From: an uncultured Gammaproteobacteria bacterium
GTDB taxonomy: Bacteria; Pseudomonadota; Gammaproteobacteria; DRLM01
Length of the DNA stretch: 64,000 bases
Direction of reading: 5' to 3'
Assembly (NCBI GenBank): GCA_963729605.1
Contig: CAVSNY010000007.1
Location: 864,001 to 928,000 of the forward strand
Part shown: piece after piece, positions 40,715-53,105 of the stretch
Layout: each line of letters opens with the position of its first letter
How positions within the stretch are numbered: the stretch's first letter is position 1
Notes under the pieces: generated by a model
Told to the model about the DNA's origin: nothing
Databases searched by the model: none
Seen by the model: the letters and a program-made list of their open reading frames with translations, nothing else
Made by a program: the position numbers and the translations under genes

Positions 40715-41353
40715 ATGATCGTCGCCTTGCTCAACCAGAAAGGCGGCGTCGGCAAGACCACGCTCGCCACCCACATCGCGGGTGAACTCGCGCTGCGCGG
40801 TCAACAGGTCATCCTGTTGGATGCCGACCCGCAGGGTTCATCACTGGACTGGACGCAACGGCGCAGCCAGCAGGGGCTGCCACGGCTGTTCAGCGCCGTG
40901 GGCCTCGCACGCGAAACGCTGCACCAGGAAGCACCCGAACTCGCCCGGCGCTGCGATCACATCGTCATCGACGGCCCGCCACGCATCGCCGCACTCGCGC
41001 GCTCCGCGCTGCTGGCGGCCGACCGTGTGCTGGTACCGGTGCAACCGAGTCCCTACGACCTGTGGGCCAGCGCCGAGATGGTGGCGTTGATCCGCGAGGC
41101 GCAACTGTTCAGGCCGGCGCTGCGCGCCGCCTTCGTCATCAACCGGCGTGTGGTGCGCACCGTCATCGGACGCGAAGCGCGTGGCGCGCTCGCCGAACAG
41201 CCGCTGCCCGCACTGCACGCCGAAGTGCGCCAGCGCATCGTCTTCGCCGACAGCGTGGCCGCCGGGCGGCTCGCACGAGAAACCGCGCCGGACAGCGCCG
41301 CCGCACGCGAGATCACCGCGCTGGCCGACGAGCTGCTGAGGTGGTCGCCATGA
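40715..41353 (+). CDS. parA: ParA partition ATPase
   Basis: NQKGGVGKTT, DADPQGS, IDGPP, PVQPSPYD. Confidence 0.92.
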   Translation: MIVALLNQKGGVGKTTLATHIAGELALRGQQVILLDADPQGSSLDWTQRRSQQGLPRLFSAVGLARETLHQEAPELARRCDHIVIDGPPRIAALARSALLAADRVLVPVQPSPYDLWASAEMVALIREAQLFRPALRAAFVINRRVVRTVIGREARGALAEQPLPALHAEVRQRIVFADSVAAGRLARETAPDSAAAREITALADELLRWSP

Positions 41354-41592
41354 GTGGCAAGCGCATCGCCATCGGCGTGCGACCGCCGGCGAATCCGCAG
41401 GCCGAAGCCTGGATTCGCCAAGGCGACGCCAACAGCGTCCAGAAAAGCGACCTCTACACCGCGCGCCTGACTCTCGACGTGACGCCAGCCATGCGCGCCC
41501 GCATCAAGGTCTCGGCCTTCACGCAGGGCGTGACGGTGGCCGAGCTGCTGCGCGCACTGCTGGAACGCGAGTTCCCGGAGCACACGCCATGA
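41350..41592 (+). CDS. ParG-like ribbon-helix-helix partition protein
   Basis: AEAWIRQG..TARLTLDVTPAMRARIKVSAF..TVAELLR; ATGA overlap with parA. Confidence 0.8.
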   Translation: MSGKRIAIGVRPPANPQAEAWIRQGDANSVQKSDLYTARLTLDVTPAMRARIKVSAFTQGVTVAELLRALLEREFPEHTP

Positions 41593-42134
41593 GCCCCGCC
41601 ACGCAGGCACAGATTCATAAGAGCGCGGCTGCACCGCCGCCTTCACCGCAGCCGCTCGCATCACTCGACAGTCGCGTGCCGCTCACCCGCGTATCGCTCG
41701 CCTACGTGGAGCAGCGCATCAATCTCTATCTGCGTTTCGGCAATCCGGCGCGCACCGTGCAGCTCGACCGCTGGCGGCGCTGCGCGGTGTTCTTGCCAAT
41801 AGCGATCTTCTGTCGCATCCGCTGGGAGTCGAACGACTACGGCACGACACGCTGGCAACTCATGGTGATGCAAGCCTGCACGCCGCTGGATGCCATGCAG
41901 ACCATTCCCGGCATTCGTCCCGGCGCGCGCCTGCTGCTGCACGCCGAAGGCGAACAGAAAGTGCGAGCTGTGCTCGCGCAGATCGACGTTATCGAAGCGC
42001 TGGGCATCGACGCCATCGACGTGTCGCCCGCGTACTGGCGCACGCTGGGCAACCGTCTGGCTGCGCGCCTGCCGCTGCCGGCGTACAGCGCCGAACGGCA
42101 CGCGGCCTGGCTGGCCGGGAGGGCGCTGCAATGA
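41589..42134 (+). CDS. DUF2840 protein
   Basis: LTRVSL..LRFG.P..RIRWESNDYGT..PGARLLL..VSPAYWRTLGNRL. Confidence 0.8.
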   Translation: MSPATQAQIHKSAAAPPPSPQPLASLDSRVPLTRVSLAYVEQRINLYLRFGNPARTVQLDRWRRCAVFLPIAIFCRIRWESNDYGTTRWQLMVMQACTPLDAMQTIPGIRPGARLLLHAEGEQKVRAVLAQIDVIEALGIDAIDVSPAYWRTLGNRLAARLPLPAYSAERHAAWLAGRALQ

Positions 42135-42694
42135 CCGCGACGACCACAACCCTTCCTCGCTCGCGCCTGCGCGCCCGCTTCGCGTTGGCGGCACTCGCTG
42201 CCTGCGGCCTCGCTGCGCTGGCCTGGGCCGCCTTCGTGCAGCCATCGGCGCGCATCGTCTACAACCCGTCCAACAGCGTTCCAGTCGGCTGGTATCGCAT
42301 CGAACCGACGCACTCGCTGCCTGGTGCGTTGCACGTCGGCAGCATTGTGCTGACCACCTTGCCGGCAGACGCCGCTGCGCTCGCCGCGCAGCGCGGCTAC
42401 CTGCCGTCGCACATTCCGCTGCTCAAACGTGTTGGCGCGGTCGCGCCGCAACACGTCTGCATCGTGAATGGCATGGTGCGCATCGACGGCGTGCCGGTGG
42501 CCGCCGTGCTGCGCACCGATCGCTGGGGTCGGCCGCTGTCATCCTGGCCGCCGTGCAGGCAACTCGCCGAGGGCGAACTGTTCCTGCTCAGCATCACCAA
42601 CCCGGCGTCGTTCGACAGCCGCTACTTCGGGCCGGTCAGCGCCGCCGCCGTGCTCGGCGTGGCGCGACCGATCCGCCTGGAGACGCAGCCGTGA
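42131..42694 (+). CDS. traF: S26-family conjugal peptidase TraF
   Basis: YNPSNSVPVGWY, LLKRV, SFDSRYFGP. Confidence 0.88.
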   Translation: MTATTTTLPRSRLRARFALAALAACGLAALAWAAFVQPSARIVYNPSNSVPVGWYRIEPTHSLPGALHVGSIVLTTLPADAAALAAQRGYLPSHIPLLKRVGAVAPQHVCIVNGMVRIDGVPVAAVLRTDRWGRPLSSWPPCRQLAEGELFLLSITNPASFDSRYFGPVSAAAVLGVARPIRLETQP

Positions 42695-43094
42695 CGGCGC
42701 ACGTCGTTGCGCCGTTCGGCATGTCGTTGCCGTATTCATGCCGGTGCAGTGCGGGTGCATTCGCACCGCGCATCGCCCGGCACTCCCCCGTGCAGACAGC
42801 TTGCCCCGAGCGCGCCATGCCGCAGGCATGGCTGGCGCTCGCCGGCGGCCGGGCTGCGCGTTGCGCAGCGCCGCCGGGGCATCGCACCCCCGTGCCGTCA
42901 GGCCGGGGGAAGATGCAGGGCAAGATTGAAGGGTGCGGCACCAAGGTGCGCACAAAGCCAGTCTGCACGTGGGGTTGGCGCGGCACGCGCCATATCGCGG
43001 CACCGTGCCGCGAGCAGCGCCAATGCCGCGCGGGCATTGACGCAACCGCGTGCCACGCACGCGCGAGCGCGCTGGACTTCGCCGGAGCCACCGC

Positions 43095-45047
43095 ATGAGC
43101 CAGCGCAGCAGCGACGACGCCGACCGCTTCCGCATCCGCCCCGGCGCGCCGAAACAGCGCGGCGATGCCTTCGTCTCCAAGGTACTGCGCCAAGCCACCA
43201 AGGCGGCCAATGCCACTGGCGGCAAGCGCGGCAAGGCACCTGGATCGCGGCTGGGGCGCGGCCATGTAGCGGCGCGCTTCACCGGACAGTCGCTGTCCGC
43301 TTCTTCTCGCAGAGCAACGGTCAAGATGCGGCTGGTGTATCTCAAGCAGGCCGGTGCGCGCGCGACCATCACGCACCTGCGCTACATCGAGCGCGAGGGC
43401 GTTGGCCGCGACGGCGAGCCGGGGCAGGCGTACAGCACAACCACCGACGACGCCGACCTGGCCGCCTTCGAGGAACGCGGCCGCGAAGACCGCCACCAGT
43501 TCCGCTTCATCGTCTCGCCGGAGGATGCTGCGGAGCTGGAAGACTTGAGGCGCTACACCCGCGACCTGATGGCCCGCATGGAAGCCGACCTGGGCACGCG
43601 GCTGGAGTGGGTCGCGGTCGATCACTGGAACACCGACAACCCGCATACCCACGTCGTGCTGCGCGGCAAGGACGACACCGGCAAAGACCTCATCATCTCG
43701 CAGGACTACATCACGCGCGGCATGCGCGAACGCGCCGCTGAACTCGCCACCGAATGGCTGGGGCCGCGCACCGAGCTGGAGATCCAGCGCGTCATGCAGC
43801 GCGAAGTGGAACAGGAGCGGTGGACGGGGCTGGATCGCAGCTTGCAGCGCGAAGCGGTGGACGGCCTGGTGCAGGTCGAACGCTTCAACGAACCCCGGCT
43901 GCAACGCCAGCGCCTGCTGCTGGTCGGGCGCCTGCAACGCTTGCAGCGCATGGGGCTGGTCACCGAAACCCGGCCCGGCGTGTGGGCCGTCCACACCGAG
44001 GCTGAAGCCACACTGCGCGCGATGGGCGAGCGCGGCGACATCATCCGCACCATGCAGCGAGTGATCGGCGGCACACAGCGCGAGCTGGCGGTGTTCGAGC
44101 CCGGCGAGAAGGCGCGACCGATCATCGGCCGCGTCGCCGCCAAGGGCCTGGTCGACGAGCTGTACGACAAGGGCTACCTGGTGGTCGACGGCATCGACGG
44201 CAAGGCGCACTACGTCGCGCTGCCGGCCAGGACCGAGTTGGCGCCGTACCCGGTCGGTGCCGTCGTCGAAGCCCGGGGCGCCGGCGAAGTCCGTGCCGCC
44301 GATCGCAACATCGCCGCGCTGGCCACCGATGGCCTGTACCGCACTGATCATCACCTGACCGTCGCCACGGCACAGGCCGCACCCGGCCGCGACCCCGCCG
44401 AGGTGGTGGGGACCCACGTGCGCCGGCTGGAAGCCCTGCGCCGCGCCGGCATCGTGGAGCGCCTGGGCGAAGGCATCTGGCAAGTGCCTGCCGACCTGCC
44501 CGAGCAGGGCCGACAGTACGACGCGCAACGCGCCGGCGGCGTGGTGGTGGAGCTGAAATCGCATCTGCCCATCGAGCGGCAGGCTCGCGTGATCGGCGCC
44601 ACCTGGCTGGACCAGCAGTTGATCGGCGGTGGTGAGGGGCTGGGCGAGCTGGGCTTTGGTGGTGACGTGCGCCAGGCGCTCCAGCAGCGCGCCGACTTCC
44701 TCGCCGAACAGGGTCTCGCCGAGCGGCGAGGCGAGCGCGTGATTCTGGCTCGCAACCTGCTGGCGACGCTGCGCAACCGCGACCTAGCCCAGGCGGCGCA
44801 GAACATCGCGGCCGAAACCGGCCTGGAGCACCGTGCGGTAGGTGATGGCGAGCGCGTCAGTGGCGTCTACCGCCGCAGCGTAATGCTGGCCAGCGGACGC
44901 TTTGCGATGCTCGATGACGGCAAGGGTTTCAGCCTGGTGCCCTGGAAGCCGGTGCTGGATCACCGGCTTGGACAGTCAGTGGCTGCGACGATACGTGGAA
45001 CCAGTGTGTCTTGGGAGTTCGGGAAACAGCGCCGCCTGGCGATTTGA
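43095..45047 (+). CDS. VirD2/MobP-type relaxase with DUF3363 C-terminus
   Basis: HLRYIEREG, FRFIVSPED, AVDHWNTDNPHTHVVLRG (HUH), C-terminal LASGRFAML..LVPW. Confidence 0.92.
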   Translation: MSQRSSDDADRFRIRPGAPKQRGDAFVSKVLRQATKAANATGGKRGKAPGSRLGRGHVAARFTGQSLSASSRRATVKMRLVYLKQAGARATITHLRYIEREGVGRDGEPGQAYSTTTDDADLAAFEERGREDRHQFRFIVSPEDAAELEDLRRYTRDLMARMEADLGTRLEWVAVDHWNTDNPHTHVVLRGKDDTGKDLIISQDYITRGMRERAAELATEWLGPRTELEIQRVMQREVEQERWTGLDRSLQREAVDGLVQVERFNEPRLQRQRLLLVGRLQRLQRMGLVTETRPGVWAVHTEAEATLRAMGERGDIIRTMQRVIGGTQRELAVFEPGEKARPIIGRVAAKGLVDELYDKGYLVVDGIDGKAHYVALPARTELAPYPVGAVVEARGAGEVRAADRNIAALATDGLYRTDHHLTVATAQAAPGRDPAEVVGTHVRRLEALRRAGIVERLGEGIWQVPADLPEQGRQYDAQRAGGVVVELKSHLPIERQARVIGATWLDQQLIGGGEGLGELGFGGDVRQALQQRADFLAEQGLAERRGERVILARNLLATLRNRDLAQAAQNIAAETGLEHRAVGDGERVSGVYRRSVMLASGRFAMLDDGKGFSLVPWKPVLDHRLGQSVAATIRGTSVSWEFGKQRRLAI

Positions 45048-45113
45048 AACAAAGCTTGGTCAGGCGCCGTCTTTACGCAATTATTTAACGCACCGTTATT
45101 TTGTCTTTAGCCT

Positions 45114-46523
45114 TCATATAACGCGCGGCAACAAGATGTTGAACCGCGTCCGCGCGTCGTCGGATTCGACACCGACCTTGCCTCCGTGCGCCTCGACAAT
45201 CGACTTGACAATGGCAAGCCCCAGCCCGGCACCATCACCCTTGCGTTGTCGAGACGGGTCGCCGCGGTAGAAACGATTGAAAAGCCTTGGCAGCTCCTCC
45301 GCCGAAATCTTCTCGCCAGGATTTTCGACGCTGATGGTGGTGGTTTGCTCATTCTGGGACAGCGTCACGGTAACGGTTTCCCCGCGTGGCGTGTAGCGGA
45401 TCGCGTTAGAGAGAAGATTGCTGAGTGCGCGGCGAAGCATCTCCTGATCAGCCCGTATCGGTGCTGCTCGTCCCTTGAGCTGCGACGAGACGCCTTGATC
45501 TTCCACCCAGGCCTCGAAATACTCGAACAAGCCCTGGATCGTTTCGGTGAGATTCACGGTCTCCAGATGGAGATCGGCTGGAGCGCTCTCGGTCTGCGCG
45601 AGAAACAGCATGTCGTTGATCATCCGGTTCAGGCGTCCGAATTCCTCTAGGTTCGAGTAGAGAATTTCCCGGTACTCATCGGCGGAACGGGCCTGACCCA
45701 CTGCCACTTCCGTCTGCGTGGTCAAATTGGTAACTGGCGTACGCAGTTCATGGGCGATGTCGGCGGAAACATTGGCCAGTTGGGCGTATCCCTCCTCGAT
45801 ACGCCCGAGCATGGCGTTGAATGAGGAGATGGTCTCTTCCAGTTCGATCGGCACTTCCTTCGGGTCCAATCGCATGTACAACTTGGAAGAAGTAATCGCT
45901 CGAATCTTCTTGTTGGCCCTGCGGATCGGCTTGTGTCCCCAGCGAACTGCACCCCAGGCCACCAGGATCGCAATGCACATGACGACGCAGACCGTCCACC
46001 ACTGGATGCGTTTAAAACTGCTGATGAATGTGAGGTGGTGATCGATATCCATCGCAACGGCTATCGTGTACCTCTCACCCAAAGCGTCATCGCCGCCGAT
46101 CTGTAAAACGGCACCGCGATAGTGCGTCCCGTTTTCTTCCCATACCGACATTTCCTGCGCACTTGCGAGATCGATAGGACGCTCATTTGCGGTAAAGCGT
46201 GCCAGATCGGGACTACCCCTGGGGGCATAGAGTGTTTCTCCAGCAGCATTGGCTACATAGTAGTAGACCCCATGGTGCCCGCGGACTGCACGCTGCAAGG
46301 CCTGCGCATCGCTATTGTCATGCGCCTCACCTAGCGCCCGTATCACCGAACTGGCTATCACCCTCAATTCTTCTTCATCCATCTCGGCGAAGTGCTGATC
46401 CAACGATCTAACACTGATCCAGTTGAATATCAGGAATACCAGCAGCATCGCGACGCCGACTAACCCGGTCACCCGCGACGCGAGTGACGCTGGACGATGA
46501 GTGATAGCAGGTCTATTCGTCAT
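45114..46523 (-). CDS. Heavy-metal sensor histidine kinase (CusS/CopS-like)
   Basis: Two TM segments, [39 protein letters not shown]. Confidence 0.92.
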   Translation of the reverse strand: MTNRPAITHRPASLASRVTGLVGVAMLLVFLIFNWISVRSLDQHFAEMDEEELRVIASSVIRALGEAHDNSDAQALQRAVRGHHGVYYYVANAAGETLYAPRGSPDLARFTANERPIDLASAQEMSVWEENGTHYRGAVLQIGGDDALGERYTIAVAMDIDHHLTFISSFKRIQWWTVCVVMCIAILVAWGAVRWGHKPIRRANKKIRAITSSKLYMRLDPKEVPIELEETISSFNAMLGRIEEGYAQLANVSADIAHELRTPVTNLTTQTEVAVGQARSADEYREILYSNLEEFGRLNRMINDMLFLAQTESAPADLHLETVNLTETIQGLFEYFEAWVEDQGVSSQLKGRAAPIRADQEMLRRALSNLLSNAIRYTPRGETVTVTLSQNEQTTTISVENPGEKISAEELPRLFNRFYRGDPSRQRKGDGAGLGLAIVKSIVEAHGGKVGVESDDARTRFNILLPRVI

Positions 46524-47211
46524 CCGGGATATCCAGCGTATAGCCCATGCCCCGAACGGTATGAATGAGCTTGGGTTCGAAGTCATCGTCGATCTTTGCC
46601 CGCAGCCGACGAATCGCGACATCGATCACATTGGTGTCGCTGTCGAAGTTCATGTCCCAAACTTGGGACGCGATCAGCGAACGCGGTAAAACTTCTCCCT
46701 GACGACGCGCCAACAACTCAAGCAGCGCGAATTCCTTGTTAGTCAGATTGATGCGCCGTCCGCCACGGATCGCACGCCGCCGCGCCATGTCCAGTTCGAG
46801 ATCCACGATCTGCATGCGGTCGTGATGGGCAGGCATGGCGCCGCGACGCAGCAGAGTGCGCACGCGAGCGAGCAGCTCGGCAAAGACGAACGGCTTAATC
46901 AGATAATCGTCAGCACCCAGCTCCAGCCCCTGGACGCGATCATCCACATGTCCACGTGCGGTCAGGAACAACACCGGAACCTGGTTGCCCGCCGCTCTGA
47001 CCGACTGCAGGATGCGCCAGCCGTCTATATCAGGAAGCATGACATCGAGCATGATCAGGTCGTAGGCTTCCGTCATCGCCATGTGGTGACCATCGAGCCC
47101 GTTGCGCGCCAGATCGACTACAAACCCCGCTTCCATAAGGCCCTGACGAACATAGTCCGCCGTTTTGTTCTCGTCTTCGACAACCAGTAGTTTCATCGTT
47201 GCGTTGCTCAT
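46513..47211 (-). CDS. Heavy-metal response regulator (CusR/CopR-like)
   Basis: [53 protein letters not shown]. Confidence 0.93.
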   Translation of the reverse strand: MSNATMKLLVVEDENKTADYVRQGLMEAGFVVDLARNGLDGHHMAMTEAYDLIMLDVMLPDIDGWRILQSVRAAGNQVPVLFLTARGHVDDRVQGLELGADDYLIKPFVFAELLARVRTLLRRGAMPAHHDRMQIVDLELDMARRRAIRGGRRINLTNKEFALLELLARRQGEVLPRSLIASQVWDMNFDSDTNVIDVAIRRLRAKIDDDFEPKLIHTVRGMGYTLDIPDDE

Positions 47212-47301
47212 GCGGCGCCCGGCCCCTCATGACAGGTGAATCGAGCAGGTGGCTTTCAACTAGCACTCTATCTGACCGGACCTGCCAGAAAGATGACGCA
47301 T

Positions 47302-47321
47302 AGATTACAAAAATGTAATCT
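47302..47321. promoter_or_regulatory. Cop box (CopR/CusR-type site) between divergent cusR and DUF305
   Basis: Perfect palindrome AGATTACA-AAAA-TGTAATCT. Confidence 0.8.
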
Positions 47322-47552
47322 TCATGTCACCAGAACGACAGTAACAGCTCCATAGGATGACTACTGAAACTGGCGTGAACTCCGCCTTCAGACGCCGCGA
47401 CCATCGATGTCTCCTATGAGCAGTCAATTGGCTAAGAAGGTGGCTTCGCCGAGCAGCACGGATGCGCGCCGGCCTACATCGACAAATGGCCGTGTGGTAT
47501 TCCTTAAGCTGATGGGAACGGGGCACTGAGCAACCAGAGAAAGGGATCCGAT

Positions 47553-48047
47553 ATGGCGCACACTTCACACACGACTGATGATGGCCACGGGAAAGGAACA
47601 CATCGACCCTACCTGATGTTCTGGATCAACATGGGCCTTGCCCTGATCGTCATGTATATCGTCATGTTTTCGATGATCGACGGCATGCACGACTTCCGGA
47701 ACAATCTCAACATGTTCTATATGGCGATGACGATGTGGGCGCCTATGGGAATTTTCATGCTCGCAACGATGCCGCACATGTTTCCGAGGAAGGGCCTTAA
47801 CCTCGCGCTCTATGTACTTTTTGCCGTTTTAACGGTCGGATCGCTTACCGCGACGCGTGCACAAACTCTCATTGATGATCGCCAGTTCATTGATTCGATG
47901 ATCCCACATCACTCCGGCGCGATCCTGATGTGCCGCGAAGCCGATCTTAATGACGCGGAGCTTGTTGACCTTTGCACTGAAATCATGAGCGCGCAGCGAT
48001 CGGAAATCGATCAGATGGAGCGAATTAGAACGCGCCTGGGTGGATGA
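47553..48047 (+). CDS. DUF305 (CopM-like) membrane protein
   Basis: Met-rich TM segments then FIDSMIPHHSGAILM..EI..Q..EI.QM. Confidence 0.8.
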   Translation: MAHTSHTTDDGHGKGTHRPYLMFWINMGLALIVMYIVMFSMIDGMHDFRNNLNMFYMAMTMWAPMGIFMLATMPHMFPRKGLNLALYVLFAVLTVGSLTATRAQTLIDDRQFIDSMIPHHSGAILMCREADLNDAELVDLCTEIMSAQRSEIDQMERIRTRLGG

Positions 48048-48206
48048 GCATCACGCTCACCGCAGTAGGGGCCCGGTCAATTTTGGCGCAGGCTTTCCCG
48101 ATGGCGAGAATTAGGTTCGAATTCCGTCCGAGGTGGCAGGCAAGTCGGTGGTTCAGTGGGCAGATCCTCGGTAGACCTTTCGTCGCCTCGCGATCACGAT
48201 CTATAT

Positions 48207-48581
48207 CTATTCGACCGGAACGATTTGAGTAATGGCCGCATCCATTCCCTTAGATTCGAAGTCAAACCGCACCGTCTGCCCCACCTGTACCGAGGCGACT
48301 TGCTCGGGCGTAGCCCGGAATCCCATGGTCATCGCCGGCCACTGCAGCGATGGCACCGGCTCGTGGGCAATCGTGATCTTCCCCGCCGCAGCGTCGATGG
48401 CTTCGATGGTCCCGGTTGCCGAGGCCTTCGTGGCCGTTGCGGCTTCATCCGCCCTGGCACCGGCGTCGCCAGCCATCTGCATTGGCTCGGAACCACGCTG
48501 TCCCGTATCCGCTGCCTCGTCGGGCGTCTCCGAGCAGCCGACCAGTAAAGTGGCAGTTAGCAAGAGTATGTGAATTTTCAT
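48207..48581 (-). CDS. CusF-like copper-binding lipoprotein
   Basis: Lipobox LLVGC; ITIAHEPVPSLQWPAMTMGF (H-W-M-M). Confidence 0.88.
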   Translation of the reverse strand: MKIHILLLTATLLVGCSETPDEAADTGQRGSEPMQMAGDAGARADEAATATKASATGTIEAIDAAAGKITIAHEPVPSLQWPAMTMGFRATPEQVASVQVGQTVRFDFESKGMDAAITQIVPVE

Positions 48582-48689
48582 AACGTAGTTCTCCAAAGAA
48601 CATCGACTGCGGATTTGTTCGCAACGGCATTGCAGCCGACATGCCGTAGCAATTGCGAAATCGGTGATGAGTGATTGTCAGACCCTGTG

Positions 48690-51600
48690 TCACGTCATGG
48701 CGATGCCCTCCCTTGACTGACGGTGCTTCAGGGCTCGACCGCGCAACAATCGGTAGGCCGCCGGAATGACCAGCATCGAGAGCAGCGGAGCGGTCACCAT
48801 GCCGCCGATCATCGGGGCAGCGATGCGCTGCATGACTTCCGAGCCGGCACCGCTGCCGATGAACAAGGGAAAGAGTGCGGCGAGGATCACCGCAATGGTC
48901 ATAGCCTTGGGACGCACGCGGAGCACCGCACCTTCGCGGATCGCCGCGTCCAACGTGGTGATCGTTTCCGGTTCGCCCTGCGCCAGGCGGCGCTCCCAGG
49001 CCTGGCGCAGATACAGCAGCATGATCACACCGAACTCGGCCGCGACGCCGGCCAGGGCGATGAAGCCGATCAACGTGGCGACGGATACCGCATGACCCAG
49101 CATCCAGATCAGCCACAAGCCACCGACCAAGGCCAGCGGCAGGCTGAGCATGATGATGGCCGCTTCGTCAAAGCGTCGGAACACCAGATAGATCAGCAGG
49201 AAGATGATGGCCAGCGTGGCGGGCACCACCCATTTCAGCCTTTCCAAGGCGCGCTCCAGGTACTCGTATTGGCCCGACCAGGCAAGGCCGTAACCGGGCG
49301 GCAGCTCGACCTCCTGCGCCATGCGCTGCTGCAGATCGACCACCACGGAACCCAAGTCGCGATCGACGACATCAACGAAAACATAGCCCACCAAACGTCC
49401 GTTCTCGCTCTTGAGCATGGGCGGTCCCGGGCTCAGCGACAGGTCCGCGACCTGACCCAAGGTCACTTGCGCACCGCCAGCGGCGACGATCGGCAACTGT
49501 GACAAGGCGGCCAGCGAATCGCGTTGCGCGCGCGGATAGCGCACCACGATCGGGTAGCGCTCACGGCCCTCGATGGTTTCGCCGATCGGATCGCCACCCA
49601 CGATGGTCGACACCAGCCGTTGCAGGTCCGCCTGACTCAACCCGTACCGCGCAGCGTCGCCAGGTCGGATGCCGACATCGATATAGCGCCCACCAGTGAT
49701 ACGTTCCGCCAAAGCTGACCGCACGCCCGGCACCGTCCTGGCGACGCGCTCGACCTCGTTGCTGATCTCCTCGATGACTCTCGTATCGGGTCCGGAGACC
49801 TTGATCCCGATCGGACTCTTGATGCCGGTGGCAAGCATGTCGATGCGGTTGCGGATCGGCGGCACCCACAGGTTGGTGAGCCCCGGCACATTCACCGCTG
49901 CGTCGAGTTCCTCTCGCAGCTTTGTCATCGTCATGCCGGGCCGCCATTGATCGCGCGGCTTGAAGGTGACGGTGGTCTCGAACATCTCCATCGGAGCGGG
50001 ATCAGTCGCGGTGTCAGCGCGTCCCGCCTTGCCGAAGACGTGCGCGACTTCGGGCACCGTCTTGATCATTCGGTCGCTCTGCTGGAGCAGCTCCGCGGCC
50101 TTGCCTGCCGACAAACCGGGCAGCGCGGTCGGCATGTATAGCAGGGTGCCCTCGTCCAGCGGGGGCATGAATTCGCTGCCGAGGCGGCTCAGTGGAATCA
50201 GTGTGAGCATCAACAGCAGGCCACCCAGGACCAGGGTCAGGCGCGGGAAGCGCAGCACCCATTCCACCAGCGGTCTGTAGCCGGCGATAAGGACGCGATT
50301 CAGCGGGTTTTCCCTCTCCGACCGGATTCGTCCGCGGATCAGATAACCCATCAACACCGGGATCAGCGTGATCGACAGGCCAGCGGCCGCCGCCATCGCA
50401 TAGGTCTTGGTGTAGGCCAGCGGCGCGAATAACCGGCCTTCCTGCGCCTGCAGCGCAAACACCGGCACGAACGAAAGAGTGATCACGAGCAGACTGACGA
50501 ACAGCGCTGGACCGACTTCGATGGCGGACTCGGTGATCAACTTCCAGCGCTCCTCACCTTCGGGCTCGCATCCCTGCACACGCTGTCGATGTTCCAGATG
50601 TTTGTGCGCGTTCTCGATCATCACCACGGCGGCGTCCACCATAGCGCCGATGGCGATCGCGATGCCCCCCAGCGACAGCAGGTTGGCGCTGATGCCCTGG
50701 TAACGCATGACGATGAAGGCCGCCAATATGCCTAACGGCAAGGTAATGACCGCCACCAGCGCTGAACGCAGGTGCCAGAGAAAAAGCACGCAGATCAGCG
50801 CGACCGCAACGAATTCCTGTCCCAGCTTGAAGCTGAGATTGCGTACCGCTTCATGGATGAGTTCGGAGCGGTCGTAAACCGGGACGATTTCGACGCCAGC
50901 GGGCAGGCTGGTCTGCAACTGCTCCAGACGTGCCTTCACCGCATCAATCGCCCGCAACGCATCCTTGCCGGTTCGCAGCACCACTATGCCGCCAGCAACT
51001 TCACCTTGACCATCCAGCTCGGCGATGCCACGGCGAAAGGTCGGGCCACGTCGCACCGTGGCGACTTCGCCCAGCAGCACCGGCACGCCATCGGTCATGA
51101 TCGGAACCTGCTCGAATGCCTCCTGGCTGCGCAGGTAGCCCTCGCTGCGCACCATCAGCTCGGCTTCGCCCTGTTCGATGACCGAGCCGCCCGTAGCGCC
51201 ATTGGCAGCCTGGACCGCATCGATCAGCCGGGCCACCGTCAGTCCGCGCGCGGCCAACGCCTGCGGGTCTGGCACGATCTGCCAGGCGCGGACCATACCG
51301 CCGACGCTGGCGACCTCGGCGACGTCCGGGACAGTCATGAGTTCATAGCGCAGGAACCAGTCCTGCATTGCCCGCAACTGTCCCAGGTCATGTTGGCCGG
51401 TTCGGTCAACCAGCGCGTACTGGTAAATCCACCCGAGGCCGGTGGCATCAGGCCCCAATGCCGGGCTGACGCTTTCCGGCAAGCGATCGCGTACCTGGCT
51501 CAGATACTCCAGCACCCGCGAACGCGCCCAATACAGGTCGGTGTCGTCGTCGAACAGCACGTAGACGAACGAGTCGCCGAAGAAGGAGAAACCGCGCACG

Positions 51601-51842
51601 GCTCGTACACCCGGCACCGATAGCATGGTGGTCGCCAGCGGGTAAGTCACCTGATCCTCGATAATGTGCGGCGTTTGGCCGCTCCACTCGGTCTGGATAA
51701 TGACCTGGGTATCGGACAGGTCGGGCAGCGCGTCCAACGGCGTGTGCTGCACCGACCACAGTCCCGCAATCGCAAGCGACACCGCACCGATGAGCACAAG
51801 CGCCCGGTTGGCGACAGCGCCGCGAATGATCCGGGCGATCAT
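48690..51842 (-). CDS. cusA: CusA-type heavy-metal RND efflux permease
   Basis: [60 protein letters not shown]. Confidence 0.95.
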   Translation of the reverse strand: MIARIIRGAVANRALVLIGAVSLAIAGLWSVQHTPLDALPDLSDTQVIIQTEWSGQTPHIIEDQVTYPLATTMLSVPGVRAVRGFSFFGDSFVYVLFDDDTDLYWARSRVLEYLSQVRDRLPESVSPALGPDATGLGWIYQYALVDRTGQHDLGQLRAMQDWFLRYELMTVPDVAEVASVGGMVRAWQIVPDPQALAARGLTVARLIDAVQAANGATGGSVIEQGEAELMVRSEGYLRSQEAFEQVPIMTDGVPVLLGEVATVRRGPTFRRGIAELDGQGEVAGGIVVLRTGKDALRAIDAVKARLEQLQTSLPAGVEIVPVYDRSELIHEAVRNLSFKLGQEFVAVALICVLFLWHLRSALVAVITLPLGILAAFIVMRYQGISANLLSLGGIAIAIGAMVDAAVVMIENAHKHLEHRQRVQGCEPEGEERWKLITESAIEVGPALFVSLLVITLSFVPVFALQAQEGRLFAPLAYTKTYAMAAAAGLSITLIPVLMGYLIRGRIRSERENPLNRVLIAGYRPLVEWVLRFPRLTLVLGGLLLMLTLIPLSRLGSEFMPPLDEGTLLYMPTALPGLSAGKAAELLQQSDRMIKTVPEVAHVFGKAGRADTATDPAPMEMFETTVTFKPRDQWRPGMTMTKLREELDAAVNVPGLTNLWVPPIRNRIDMLATGIKSPIGIKVSGPDTRVIEEISNEVERVARTVPGVRSALAERITGGRYIDVGIRPGDAARYGLSQADLQRLVSTIVGGDPIGETIEGRERYPIVVRYPRAQRDSLAALSQLPIVAAGGAQVTLGQVADLSLSPGPPMLKSENGRLVGYVFVDVVDRDLGSVVVDLQQRMAQEVELPPGYGLAWSGQYEYLERALERLKWVVPATLAIIFLLIYLVFRRFDEAAIIMLSLPLALVGGLWLIWMLGHAVSVATLIGFIALAGVAAEFGVIMLLYLRQAWERRLAQGEPETITTLDAAIREGAVLRVRPKAMTIAVILAALFPLFIGSGAGSEVMQRIAAPMIGGMVTAPLLSMLVIPAAYRLLRGRALKHRQSREGIAMT

Positions 51843-53105
51843 GGCCGGTTCTCCGTCGCATCGGGCAGTGCGGGTGCGGCGGGCGTTGGAGCCCCCAACC
51901 GCTGCAACGCACCCGACAGACTGGCTTCCGAATCAATCAGGAACTGGCCTGACGTGACAATGTGCTCGCCGCCCTGAAGACCTTCAAGGATTTCAATACG
52001 GCCACCGCCGCTGCGGCCGGTCCGCACTCGCACCGGCTCGAAGCCGCCATCGGAACGCATCACGATCACCCGGCTGTCGCTACCTGTGGCGATGAGCGCG
52101 TCGGCCGGTATCAGCGGCACCTGCTCACCCCCGGCGGATTGCAAGGTCAACTCGGCGAACATGCCGGGCACCAGTCGACCGTCCGGGTTGTGCAGCACGA
52201 TGCGAGCCCATTGAGTGCGACTGGTAGGCTCGATCTGCGGCAGCAGGGCTTCGACATCTCCCGCGAAGCGCCGCCCAGGCACCGCGCTGACGGTAGCTTC
52301 GACCTTCGTCCCCGGACCGATGCCGACAACGCGTGCCTGTGGGATCGCCGCTTCCAGCCACACCGTGGACGTACCGTTGACGCGAAAAAGCGGCATACCG
52401 GCCGTAGCGGCCTGACCTTCGCGCACCAGCACTTCTCTGACGACACCATCGCTCGGTGCGAGCAGCGTCACACTGCCATCGCGATTCAAGCGAACGTCGG
52501 ACAGCCCTAGCAGTTGCAGTCGCTGCATGGCCGCCGTGTGCAGACTTTTTGCCGCTGCCGAGCCCGCCTCTTCCAGAGCCTGTGCCTCGGCGACCGCACT
52601 ACTCCAGGCCGGGGCCAGTATGGTCGCAAGCGGTTGGCCGCGGCGTACGGATTCGAAAGGCGCCTTGACGTGTAGCTGCGGTGATGATCGCATCGACGCG
52701 CGCACTGACCACCGACTCCTGTCGTAAATCCCATGTCAGAGTGGCCGTTGCGCGAAGGGGGTCTGTCAGTTGGCCAACTTCGACTACAGCGGTGCGGATA
52801 CCGACGTTCTGCTGTACGCCCGGATCAATGCGCACGCCCGCAGTCGCAGTCTGGTCGGCATACCTCGGCACCAGTTGCATGTCCATGAATGGCGACTTGC
52901 CTGGCTGGTCGAAGTGCTGGTCCGGCACCATCGGGTCGTACCAGTACAGCACTTGGCGCTCCTGTGGCGCGGGCACGGCGGGTTGCAACACTTCTGCGTG
53001 GGTATCGGCATGTCGTTGCCCCCACCAGTAGCCGCCGCCGATGCCGATGATCAACAGCCCCAGAGCCGAGGCAACGAGTCCAGCCCGGATCATGATGCGA
53101 TTCAT
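51839..53105 (-). CDS. cusB: CusB-type RND periplasmic adaptor (frameshift near 52690)
   Basis: [19 protein letters not shown] in 52599..53105; [18 protein letters not shown] in 51839..52705. Confidence 0.85.

Noticed and set aside
42695-43094. oriT between traF and the relaxase
   Set aside because: Likely by position, but I cannot identify a nic site, so it is not listed as a feature.
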